Shown here in pieces: positions 46,158 through 57,368 of a DNA stretch of 64,000 nt (position 1 is the stretch's first letter; each line of letters opens with the position of its first letter). The notes beneath the pieces are model-generated. The model ran no database searches, had not been told where the DNA came from, and saw only the letters and a list, made by a program, of their open reading frames with translations. Origin of the DNA: Eukaryota sp. TZLM1-RC (Eukaryota; Protista; Metamonada: BaSk clade); the NCBI GenBank assembly GCA_040285825.1, contig JAUPSS010000004.1:4865784-4929783 (forward strand). Direction: 5' to 3'. Both the position numbers and the translations under genes were made by a program.

Positions 46158-46624
46158 GAATAAAGTAGGTTGATAGAGAAGCTAAAGATAATCCTGTTGA
46201 CAAACAAGACAAGTCTTGGGGTTTCAGAGAGTCGAAAGATGTCGTATGACTTCCTTTTACTAAAACATGACTTAACCTAACCCTAACTTCCTTTTTCTGG
46301 CTTGTAAATTTTATTCCATAAGAATGGGTCAATTTTTTCCACCCATTTTCAACTTACCAATGGCATTCATTCTATCACACTTCTTTTACATAGAAATTAT
46401 CTCTACAAGGAAGGCTGTATCAGAAGGTACAAAATTACGTCCTCTCCATAGTCATATGGTCCTGGGTGAAAGTCAGAGTTTAAAGTTTTTACCCTTCTGA
46501 GAAAACTCAACAGTGTATTGTGACTCCGGATGTACATGTTTTTCTTTGTCCTTCGCAATTTTCTTAAAAAATTACAATTTTCCAAGACCTTCCAGAAAGA
46601 TTTTCTTAAAAAACTGTTTTAAAT

Positions 46625-47560
46625 TATTTATTCTACGAAGAAACAAAACAAATAAAAACACATAAAAAACAAAATTCTACACGCCAAATCTTGATGAATC
46701 CTTATACAGCTTGGACATCATTAAATTTGAGTACTTGGGAACACTTCATTACAAAGCAAAAATGATACGATTAGTCCATAAGTTCATTGAAAAAAAAAAT
46801 TTCCACATGAACGACATAAATTATAAAAATCACTGAGAAAAACAAGGCAGACTGTCCAATGTTGCGAAAAATCGAAAAGGCAAAAGGAACAAACGAAAAC
46901 TTGGAGTAAAGGTTCTTATTTAAATCATTTAATATCTCAGTATATTTGTCTTGGATACGAACCTCAGCCTTGTTCCAGTGACCATTAAAACTAACTTAAA
47001 CATCATCACGATAAACAAAAGCAAAGGGATCAACTGTAGTAAAATCAACAACAACTTGAGAAAAATCCACTAAAGAAGCAATGAAATCACCTCGACGTAA
47101 ATTCAACAAATTATTATCACTATAATATTATCACTTCAACAACGGTTCTACTTGGCAACTAAAACTGTAACATTTAAACATCTCATATGTCACAAAACAA
47201 ACAGCATTATGAAGAACTGACCGATATTGAAGAAACTTCTCACATCTTACAATATGACGGAAATTGGCAGACGCTTTTTCGTTACAAATACAAACAGAAT
47301 TATCCAAAAGACCATTTGGATACAGCCCTAATCTCAAACGCATGTTTTGTTTCCAAGCTTCATTTGTTAAGTGAAGACCAAATGGCCCTGGTTGCTGAGA
47401 TATTAAACTGGATGTTTGACTGTTTTGTCCATTTAACAAGAAATGAAAACATGAAATACACAACTAAAACTCTACATCCCCAAAACCTGCCCCTCCTACA
47501 TCAAAACAATTAATTGCTAAAGATTCAGCAAATTTCCCAAACGAGGAGAGTTTTCCTTCC
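46625..47560 (-). mobile_element. Decayed CRE-like non-LTR 3' fragment (divergent family)
   Basis: MRLRLGL..CIC..HIVRC..YRSVLHNAV..EPLL..RRGD..VVVDFT. Confidence 0.75.
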
Positions 47561-47574
47561 AGAAAAAAGTTTGT

Positions 47575-48465
47575 TTTCATTTAAATTTGCACTGGAAAAA
47601 AAACTGCAAGAACATCTGTTGAAAAATTCGAGAGTAAGGATTTTCTGGTTCGACTTAGCAGGGCTAAGCAAAATAATCCTGCTTTAACAAATATTTTGAT
47701 TGATTTAAAGGAGATTTCATCAGCATTTTTGCTGAACCAAATTCCCCAGATTTATGGGTTATTTTTAGATGACGACCAATGATCTGTTTTGCAAAAGTGG
47801 AGCTGGGTTGACTTTATCACATTTATTTAATTGCAACAGATTATTTTTTTATCGTTCCACTTTGCATGATGCTGTCAGAGATTAAATCCATACAATGTGT
47901 AATTCCTATCATAATGAATCATTTGTAGAACCGTGGTTAAGGTGTCTTGTTATGAATGAAAATTTAAAATATGGAAAACGACGTGCTGATGTTGTTGTAC
48001 CCTCATTTGATGATGTCTTGAATGTTGTTGATATTGTAATAGTAGATGTTTGCAAGAAATATGCCTTGAAGAATGCACCATCCGAAGTATTTCCTTTTGG
48101 TGATTCAGAATTGTACAAACGAAAGAAATATGCAAAGCCTTTGAAAGAATTGAAACATGTTGGTCATGTGGATTACCAAATTTGCTCGCTTGCTACTTCT
48201 AATTATGGACGTTTTGGAAAAACTGTAATGAATTTTATTAATGATTTTGAAAATCTTGTAAGAAGAAGAATGAATAAGCTTTTTGACCGCTGTTTGTGGT
48301 TCAATCGTATTGTTTTTACTATTTTCAAATCAATTCTTAAAACGATTTCGAAAGCTTTGATGTCTGTCAGTGCACATTACGAAGACATTGCTGCTGTGAG
48401 GTTTGATGGTTTGGAAACTTGTTTTGATGATATTGATTTTTAGTCTGATTTTTTAGAATAAATTA
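47575..48465 (+). mobile_element. Decayed CRE-like non-LTR 3' fragment (another family)
   Basis: YRSTLHDAVR..EPWL..RRADVVV..VDIVIVDVC..KRKKY..YGRFG..FNRIVFTIFK..DIDF*. Confidence 0.8.
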
Positions 48466-48842
48466 ATAATTCGTATTTTATGTTAAATTTTCTTAATATG
48501 TTCAATAATCTTGGAACCCTTTCGATTGCCATTGACAGCCAATTTTAAATTTCATATCCACATCAGTTTTGTCAATGTTTTGTTCATTTGTTAACAATAT
48601 TTTAAGACACTGTCTTGTTGAAACATCATGTTGATGATCAGTCAAAGTGGAAATAATTAAGCAATTATTGTGTTGGCTGGTTCTTCAGTGAATAGATTTG
48701 ATGAAAAATGTTGTAATATTATTGTTTGTTGTGAATTCAGCTTCTAACAAATTCATCTCGTATTTGTATCTCAAGGAATGGCAATAGAATTTTAAATTGA
48801 GAATTGATTTCAAACTTTATTTTGTTGACTTGATGATTGTAG

Positions 48843-48976
48843 CTGTGGGTAAATAACGCAAAGTTCGATTGCCTTCGATGTCAGACCAACTGGTCTAGGA
48901 ACATCTCAGCTTCCAGAAATCAGCTGGAGATTGCAATCAGTGAGTATTTCGCTGGTACTAGGCCAGAACCATTCTG
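48843..48976 (+). pseudogene. Fanzor/TnpB-like extreme C-terminus (second family)
   Basis: AKFDCLRCQTNWSRNISASRNQLEIAISEYFAGTRPEPF matches the CxxC-WxRD-xxAxxN-RP Fanzor1 terminal pattern. Confidence 0.6.
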
Positions 48977-49097
48977 AAGGCCAAGACGTGTAAGTCGTCT
49001 AAGAAGACAGCAGTAGCTGTTTTAATCAACGTATTGCCAAGGTGTTTAGTGTATACTAAACCTTGGTGCTGAGAAGTTTACATCAGTGTTGGTGATT
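48961..49097 (+). ncRNA. Candidate Fanzor omegaRNA scaffold
   Basis: Consecutive hairpins at 48961-48982, 48984-49000, 49004-49023 and 49035-49068, overlapping and following the Fanzor-like ORF end. Confidence 0.4.
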
Positions 49098-49839
49098 ATT
49101 TATTCCATATCCACTATCCATCATTTGTCGTATAGCTTTTTATTGTAATAAATCATTTTTTTAAAATACAATATCCACTTGGTGTGAAATTCTGAGCCTG
49201 GGAATTTGCTTTAAATTTATTACAAGAAGTCTTGTTGTCTTGTGTAACTAAGAAGCCTTCTCCACGTATACTCTAAATGTCTGCATCCTTGGATACACAA
49301 ATGGAATGTTAAACTGTTCAACAAGAAAACTATTGATGCCATCATTACGTTGAAGTTGATCAATACTAATTCTAAAAAGAATAATTCCAATTCATGCATG
49401 TTTACAACTTATCACAGAAAAAAAATTAAAAATACAATATTCATTAAGATACTCTAAATAACTAAAAAAACATGAAATAATTGAAGATATACAAATAACA
49501 CGCATGGAATCCAAAGCTAAAGAAAGTCCAACAACAGAACTAGAAAGCATGTACAATGAGCACAAAAAGAGTCATTGTTCAGAGGTTGAGTTTAACTCGT
49601 TTAGCTTTTGTAGAACTTCTGTCACTTCTGAGGAGGCAAGTTTGGTGCTGATGTCATCCATCAGTTGTGACACATTGATATCCAAAGCATCAAGTATAAC
49701 ATCTTTGACAGTAAGTGTAGAAGGAGTAGTAGAAGAGGTTGGTTCAGGTTTCGCTGCTTTGGTGGACATCGGCTAATAGCACAAAAATGTCAAATAGTAG
49801 TAACACGTTGAGATTACTGGAATATGAAGAGGAAATGAA

Positions 49840-50150
49840 TCAAGTTGATCTTTTCAAAACTTGAGGTCTTTCATTTCCTTTAAGATACTGATCCACAACA
49901 TGATTCATATCAAGAACAGCATTGACATTACGATTCCATAGACATGCACAATTCTTGCAAGTCAGTCATCCATGTCTAAGGACTGTTGGAGTATTTGCTC
50001 TCCCGTAAGGACTTGGGTTAGGTACTCGATGTTTCTTTACATTTTCACCTTCTTTTCCCATACTTCTTTCCCCAGTACACATGTATGACATCTACAACTT
50101 GTTCTATATTTATCCAGCAGCAATAGACGGAAGTTACGCTTTTTAAACAG
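49840..50150 (-). pseudogene. Fanzor1 (eukaryotic TnpB) RuvC-II/zinc finger/RuvC-III fragment
   Basis: LFKKRNFRLLLLDKYRTSCRCHTC...(frameshift)...VPNPSPY..VLRHG*LTCKNCACLWNRNVNAVLDM..GNERPQVLKRST*. Confidence 0.8.
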
Positions 50151-51394
50151 CTAAATTAAAAATTAAGATTAACTAATTTAAGAACCAGAAATCATAAATT
50201 TAGAATTTTAAAAAACCAGAACTTATGCAAACAGCATTTAGACAAACGAACCAATCTGTTAGATTAACGGTTCAAGAGAAAACTCTAAGCTGCTATACAA
50301 TATTAAATATAATAAATATTAAATAATTAAAATGATTTTCAACGATGAAAATTGTAGTTTCATACATTAGTTTTTTCATGGCTTGATTCTGATTTAATAA
50401 TTTCTATTTTTAACTTTTTTTATGATCAAAATTTCAAAATAACATTACATATGACATTACAATTTTGTTTAGTGGTTTATCATTTAAAAATCAATTGCAA
50501 AATATTTAACGTTTTTGGAAAACATCATTTCTATTTTCTTATCAAACACTTTTGCAAACACATTGTTATCTGATAAGTTACTATTACCAGGCCCCAATGA
50601 ACAATGTAGAACTGACTGCAGAATATGCACCTGCTGTCTTACAAAACGGGGTTGTGTGTTTCAAAAATTTGTGATATGTACTTAAAATATTAATGGAACC
50701 ATCCAATGATTAGAGTAATTTCTCTCCGAGAATTGGAGAACGTGATTCAATTCAGAGACTAAGAAATAGGGCCTTGAAACAAATTTGCAAAATTTCTGGT
50801 TGGTCATGATTCAATAAAAAACGGGTCTTGGTCAATCGATTGCTTATTTCAACCAATTAACCGTTCTTGATAGAGCAATAGACTACGTGTGATTTAATCA
50901 AATCCAACTGCTTTTGTTCTGTTCTCAAAGAATGCCCTTGTAAAAAGTGAGAAAAACAAGATCCTGTTGGTTCAAATTAATCTATGAATGTGAAAATGAT
51001 CAATACTGAATATAATTCACTTATTACTAAACACCGCAAGTCAGTGGGAATCAAAGATTTTTATCAGCTAAAGTTCAATGAAATCAATAATTCAATATAC
51101 CAGAATCCTATTGATTGAAATAGGGGTGCAAATGAGTCCTTTTAGCAAGTGCTGATGAAATTAAACTACCACAAACCTTACAAGTTTTGCTAATGGTCTA
51201 TGATATTGAGGGAAAGAACCACGGGAGTGCATAAGCTAATTGTCAAAACAGCAAACATATCAAAAAAACAGTCCACTTCAGCAATCATAAACCCAAAAAA
51301 TTAATTAATTTATTCAAACAGCTGAAATTGAAAAATAATACTCAAAAAAATATATAAATATAATACAAAACAAAATAAATACATCAAAAACTGA

Positions 51395-53434
51395 TCAATT
51401 AGGTCCCAATAAAATACTTAAATCATGCAAATATCTACTCAGCTTGAACTTTCCTAAGGATAGTGACAAAGAACCAAAACTAGCTACCAATTCAATCATA
51501 ATTGATTGATCCAAAAAGGAAACTGACCGTAAAGATTCAGCAACTTCTTCTACAGGATGTTCATCAAAATTATCAGAATAGTTCAGACAATTTTGGATAA
51601 GTATATTGTACAAATAAAAAGAATAATCCAAGTCTTTTGAATAATTTCTGGTTCTAGCAAGCAAATAGAGACATTCAAAACAATAATCCTTCAAGGAATC
51701 ATCGACAGAAATAACAAAATTTCTATCAAAATCACGTGGGATTTTGACCGACATCAAAGAAAGACATTTTTCTAATGAAATAATAGTATTTTCGACACAT
51801 CCACTATTTTCAAATTCCTCGTCAGTAGCGTGCTGACAAAACAAAACAACTTGCCGAGATTGGTCGATCAAACATTTTATTTTTCGTAGATTTATCGAAT
51901 CAATATCTTCTTCCTTGGATACTAGATCTTCAGATTGGATTATAAGTGAATAGACTTTCTTAAGTGATTCAGCTGCATCATAGTACCTTCCTAAAAGGGA
52001 AAGTGCATTTGATTGATGTCGGTAAATTCTGATAATGTCCCTGTAAAGGTTTACAGTGTCAATTTCGTGATTTGATTGGAATTTTTCAATCAAATTGATT
52101 GATTTATCAAACTGCAACGCCGCATCACGTGCACGATCCAAAAGCAAATACGAAACTCCAATCAAATCACGAGTCTTTGCCTCAATCAGAATTGATTGAT
52201 CCGAGTCAATCAAACTCTTGGACTTTCCTAATTTAACCAATAATTTATTAGCAATATTTAATGCTAGCTTTGGAGCTCCAGACTCTAAGGCACCTCGAAC
52301 ATTAGATAAACTTTCAAGAATGTATCGCTGATGCTGTAATTGACTGTCGCGTGGATTTTGAGTAGATGACGATGCTGATTTTGACCTATGACGTGGCGAT
52401 GACGTCATCCTTGGGGTCAATCGTGGAGAAAAACGAGGACTATCATTGACTTTCAAAGACTTGATTGGTCTAGGGGTTACTAATGGCGAACTCACCCTTG
52501 GTGACGAAAGTTTTAACCTCTCAGACTTCACAGAAGAATTCAAAAGACTTCTAGGCTTTCTGGGGGTCACACAGGTACGTTCCTTCCAAAAAGATTCTCT
52601 CTTATCTATAAACTGCATGCCATTATCAATAATGTCCATAACGGACTTTGGTTTCATTGTTTCCTTTTCCTTGTCATCAATGACGTCATCTTCAACTAAT
52701 TTTGAGCTACTTTTGAGTCTTTCTTGTCTACGTTCTCTCGGTGTCTTCGGTGAAGACTGCAGTGAAGTATCCTTCAGCAAATCAGAGAGATACTTTCTAT
52801 CAGTAGAGAGAGAAGACATTGGAGGGGGAGGAGCAGAAGTGGTAGATGCCTTAGAGGAAGGAGAGAACTTGAGAGGGGGAACAGTGGGTGGGGATGAAGA
52901 GAAGACTGGAGTGATACCCCTCTCAGGGAGTCCTGTACTGGGCATTGAGTCAGCAATGACACGGCATGAGCGAAGATCAGGAGGGAGAGAGGGTGATCGG
53001 AAGTAGGAAGGAGCAGGTGTGAAGGGAGGTTTGGGGGCCTGGAAGTCAACAGCGTTGAGGATTGCCAACTCAGAGCGAGTCACGCCTTCTGAAAGGGCTG
53101 GTAATGGACGAATTCGAAGACCACGATGATACGTGACGCATGCGCGTTCAAGATCTCCAGAAGCGTAGTAGGCATCTCCCAAGACAAGAAGACCGTCAGC
53201 TTTAATAATATTTGTAACATTTTTAGTTTTGAGAACAGATAGTGCATCATTAATTGCAGCTGAGGTATCACCTACATTGATAGAGCATCGTGCTCGTTTA
53301 AGTTGGAGTGAAAGATCGTCAGGTTTGAGAGCAATGGCTTGATTGAGAGAAGTGAGAGCTTCCGAAAAGTGTCCCTTCTTAACAAGAGTCTCTGCAGATG
53401 CAACAAGTGCACTGAGAGTGGTACTTGACCCCAT
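51395..53434 (-). CDS. ODAD4: TPR protein, ODAD4/TTC25-like
   Basis: N-terminal TPRs with GDLERACVTYHRGLRIRP, DRKYLSDLL and NGMQFIDKRESFW motifs. Confidence 0.7.
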   Translation of the reverse strand: MGSSTTLSALVASAETLVKKGHFSEALTSLNQAIALKPDDLSLQLKRARCSINVGDTSAAINDALSVLKTKNVTNIIKADGLLVLGDAYYASGDLERACVTYHRGLRIRPLPALSEGVTRSELAILNAVDFQAPKPPFTPAPSYFRSPSLPPDLRSCRVIADSMPSTGLPERGITPVFSSSPPTVPPLKFSPSSKASTTSAPPPPMSSLSTDRKYLSDLLKDTSLQSSPKTPRERRQERLKSSSKLVEDDVIDDKEKETMKPKSVMDIIDNGMQFIDKRESFWKERTCVTPRKPRSLLNSSVKSERLKLSSPRVSSPLVTPRPIKSLKVNDSPRFSPRLTPRMTSSPRHRSKSASSSTQNPRDSQLQHQRYILESLSNVRGALESGAPKLALNIANKLLVKLGKSKSLIDSDQSILIEAKTRDLIGVSYLLLDRARDAALQFDKSINLIEKFQSNHEIDTVNLYRDIIRIYRHQSNALSLLGRYYDAAESLKKVYSLIIQSEDLVSKEEDIDSINLRKIKCLIDQSRQVVLFCQHATDEEFENSGCVENTIISLEKCLSLMSVKIPRDFDRNFVISVDDSLKDYCFECLYLLARTRNYSKDLDYSFYLYNILIQNCLNYSDNFDEHPVEEVAESLRSVSFLDQSIMIELVASFGSLSLSLGKFKLSRYLHDLSILLGPN

Positions 53435-53829
53435 CGTTAAAGATAATGACTACTAAGTGTCTTTTGGGTGGCTAAGTATTTTGAAATACAAATACTCAAT
53501 TGTTTGCTTCTTATTGTTCTAGATTGCCTCTTTGCAGTACAATGTCTTTCATCCACCATTGGTATCAGAGACACTAGTGTTCAATCATTAGTTCAAAAAT
53601 TTATTACACATTATTGACCGTTCATCAATGGGTGTTTGACAATGTAATCTTAATTGTCAACAAACAAGCGTTATTCCTCTGTGAGAAGTGTCTATTCTAT
53701 CTTGCTTTGTCCAGCCAAATCAATTATTATTATTTTCCAATTTGAAATTGTTTTGTCAAATAAACTCTCACAACATCTGCATTTTGCATAAAAGGACACA
53801 TTCTAGTGTTGTAGACAACATCTGTATCT

Positions 53830-54783
53830 ATGGAAGTTGCAAACCCTCCTTCTGATAGCATCTCCAGAGTACGCTTTTCCCCTGTTGATCCTGGTCTTTT
53901 ACTTGTTTCTTCATGGGACTCTTCCGTCCGGCTCTATGACATTGACTCTCAATCTATACGTTCTCACTTTGTTAGTCGTGGTGCTGTCCTTGATTGTTGC
54001 TTTGGTCATGACAATCACTTAGCCGCTGGAGGTCTTGATACCAATGTCTCTGTGTACAATAGTAGTGAAAACGTCTTACACAACCTTGGCTCCCACAGTG
54101 CCCCTGTTTCCTGCATAGATTACTGTCCAGAAGCCAATGTCTACGCTTCAGGGTCGTGGGATAAGTCCGTGAAGCTGTGGGATCCACGGCTGGATTCATG
54201 TGCTTCCACCATGCCCACCCAAGGTAAAGTTTACGCAATGGGAGTGATTGACCATATTTTGATTGTTGGAATGAGCGGCAGACATGTCGGATATTACGAT
54301 TTTAGGATGATGTCACCAATTCGTGAAGCAGAATCTCCCCTGAAATACCAAGTACGTAGCATTGGTACTTCATCGCAATCAAAACTATATGGCCAAGGTT
54401 CAATTGAGGGTAGAGTGGCAATTGAGGATTATAGTAACCCAAGCAATCGTTTTGCGTTTAAATGTCATCGTAAAGACCAAGGAAACGACAAGACTTTTGT
54501 TTTTCCCGTGAATTCCATTGACTTTCATCCTGTTTATGCCACCACTTTTGCTACTGGAGGCTCTGATGGCACTGTTTCTTTATGGGACGGTCAATACAGG
54601 AGGAAAAGATCTAGTTTTAAAGGATTTAATAACCCTATTTCGTCAGTTAGTTTCAGTTGTGATGGTAACAGAATTGCTATTGCAAGTAGTTACACGTTTG
54701 AGGAAGGGGAAAGGAATGTGCCGCCATCAGCTATTTGTATTAGAAATGTTGCGAATGAACATGTGGTTCCAAAGAAAAAATAA
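53830..54783 (+). CDS. BUB3: Mitotic checkpoint protein Bub3
   Basis: WD40 with SIEGRVA, FAFKCHR, PVNSIDFHP, FATGGSDG, IASSYTFEEG. Confidence 0.9.
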   Translation: MEVANPPSDSISRVRFSPVDPGLLLVSSWDSSVRLYDIDSQSIRSHFVSRGAVLDCCFGHDNHLAAGGLDTNVSVYNSSENVLHNLGSHSAPVSCIDYCPEANVYASGSWDKSVKLWDPRLDSCASTMPTQGKVYAMGVIDHILIVGMSGRHVGYYDFRMMSPIREAESPLKYQVRSIGTSSQSKLYGQGSIEGRVAIEDYSNPSNRFAFKCHRKDQGNDKTFVFPVNSIDFHPVYATTFATGGSDGTVSLWDGQYRRKRSSFKGFNNPISSVSFSCDGNRIAIASSYTFEEGERNVPPSAICIRNVANEHVVPKKK

Positions 54784-55099
54784 GTATTTAATTAAAAAAT
54801 CAAATAAACAAGAGAGAGTAATCAAATTGCTTTTTGTTTAGTAATGTTGTTGGATGAAAAACACAAATTTTAATGTTGTTTTTAGATTTAATTTTCTTTA
54901 TTATTGAAATATTTACCGCTTTGAAATTCGCAAACAATATACAATTTAATACTTGGAAATGTAAAAGCAATAATATCATCCATATTATAAACTATTTAAA
55001 CCCCAACTTAGTCAAAGTTTGTCATACGAAACCGTTGTAAATGCAATCTTTTTGATTTTGTCACTACCCCCCAATCAATGGTCTTGTAAATGGGGACTT

Positions 55100-56000
55100 G
55101 TTGCCTTTCGGTATAATGACTTCAACAATACTCAAAGGTAAAGTATTTCAGAACTCAACCCGAATTACCACACAAAGATCACAAAGTAACTTTCACCAAA
55201 TTATGAGGGAAAGCACGAAATTTGCCAAATTTGTTGCAATTAAAAAAATCATACAAAGTAGCAACTTGTCGACATCTACACCACAAAACTGTATGACCAA
55301 TATCAGCATGTATATTCAATGAACTTTTCGTCATAAGTCTTCAAACGTCTTCTTCTAACCACAATCCAGATTTTCGTAGAGATTGAGTAATTAAACAGGC
55401 ACCAGCAGGAACATTACAATGACTCATCACTTCAAATAAAAAACTAAATATCCTTTTGTTCCTGAATGTTTGGAAAGTAGACCATTTAAAACTGTTCTTT
55501 GTTCTGTATCAATTATTCTTCTTTGTTAATTTAGAACTGCTGTGGTGAACATATCAACAAACGAGTATTTCTGGATGTGCATATTATTGAAACAAGCATC
55601 TCCAAATATTTGGATGAAAACCATAAATTACAATTTGATGATCATGAAATCTTTAAGGTTGGATCTTTTTAATGGTAACCACATGACAGGAAAGCTGAAT
55701 AGAACAATTTTTCATTCCACCAATTGAAGCTGCTGTGACAATTGTACTTGCTTTTTGGAAACCAACTCCACTATGTTTTACACTTCAAAATCTTTTTCTT
55801 TTATGTACAATTGACCAATTCCAACAAGTGAAGACAAAAAATTGACACGGATTAAATTGAATTGTTAGAAAAATCTCTGCACTATAACAATGATTTAAAT
55901 CAAAATTTAAACAAAAGTTTCCAGTATAATACATGGAATTTGAAACAGTGATTCGAAGAATATTTCTGTGTCAATAAACATTTTGATTACTTCAGAACAT
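55100..56000 (-). mobile_element. Old, heavily decayed CRE-like non-LTR remnant
   Basis: GVGFQKASTIVTAASIGG and CRC..FNCNKF..FR..HNLV align to family-A motifs; boundaries approximate. Confidence 0.55.
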
Positions 56001-56534
56001 CAGGACCCATTTAGTCTCATTGACACTGATGTTGTTTGAGAAATGCAAAGTACTGAGTTCAAAAGTCTCAGTCCACGTGTACTATTTATGGGTACAGATG
56101 TACAATTTTTTGAAAAAGATGAAGAAAGGCCATTGGTGTGGATTGTAGATTAAACTACAATATATACATTTTTGGATTTGCGAAAGACTGTCTTGCAGAT
56201 TTCGAAATTTTTTCAATTCATGTGGAATAGCAGTGTGTACTTGAAATATGACAAAGCCTCTCCATTTCATAATAAAATGGAATTGTTTATTCAATAAATT
56301 CTTATTTAGGGTATTTGAATGCTTGACGGAGTAAAGCTGAAGATTTATGGAGAAAAATTCATTGAACCAAACTTTCATCTATAAAGTCTTGATCTGCTTT
56401 TTGTCTCGCCACTTTTCTATTCAAATATTGTTTTGAAATGGCATATTGTAAAGACTATGTATGTAGATTTTGAACAATAAATTCAACTTTCTCTAATATT
56501 TTTCCTTTTTTACAGGTGTGGGAAAGACAATTAA

Positions 56535-56768
56535 AAGACATGCTGCATATTTCTATTAAAATAAACTCCTTTATATATTCAAACCAAACACAAAAAATCA
56601 ACACTGAAAAGTTAAATTTTAGAATTTATTGTTGCAACAGAATTTTTGCTTAAATCTGATAATTGATTTAAAAATTTATTAGTATTCACAATTGCAGTAG
56701 AACCAACCAAAACCTGTTCGTAAACATTAAGATCAGACAAAACCTTCAATTCAGAACCAGTCACTCCC
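56535..56768 (-). pseudogene. Duplicated 3' end and 3' UTR of the Sec1 gene
   Basis: GVTGSELKVLSDLNVYEQVLVGSTAIVNTNKFLNQLSDLSKNSV is nearly identical to 59818-60056. Confidence 0.85.
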
Positions 56769-57368
56769 TTGATGAGAAAACCGTAAAGCAAGTTCAAATA
56801 GGAAGTTCTTGATTCCCCTAAAAACGCAGTATTTGGTACAATAGATGAACAAGTTAGACCAATTTTAGCTTACTTATGCGATCTAAAAGCATGAATGGAA
56901 AGATCATCAATATTACTGATGATCAGTATTGAAACCAAAAATTGAGTTCTCTTAGACAAATACTGTTTGACATAATGAGTGCTCAAATTTGGAGGAATGG
57001 AACGAATCAAGTGGGTAATTTTTGAACCAAAACATATCCTATTAACATGAAATTTATTTAATTTTAATTTATTTTTTTTGTTTCTTCAACGGCAAATATT
57101 GAATTTGTTCGAGTTGAGATATAGTTGTGTTGATGATATGAAATTGGTCTTGTCATGAAAATTTCCGTATAAAATTCCATTTACTAACAGTATACTAGAG
57201 CTGACTTCTGCTTAATGGCTCACCAAAAAACTTCCTTGTAAAGGACATCAATTCCACCTCGGATACAACATTTTCCTTCAGAAATTTCTTAATGAAAGGG
57301 ACCAACTCATTTGGAAAGGTGGTTCCGTGTTCTTGCAAAAAATAGGGCAACATATTATATGAGATTTT

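Noticed and set aside
46272-46288. Telomeric TTAGGG repeat
   Set aside because: Fewer than three units; a chance match.
50500-51250. Gene in the interval before ODAD4-like
   Set aside because: Only short stop-riddled frames with no recognisable family.
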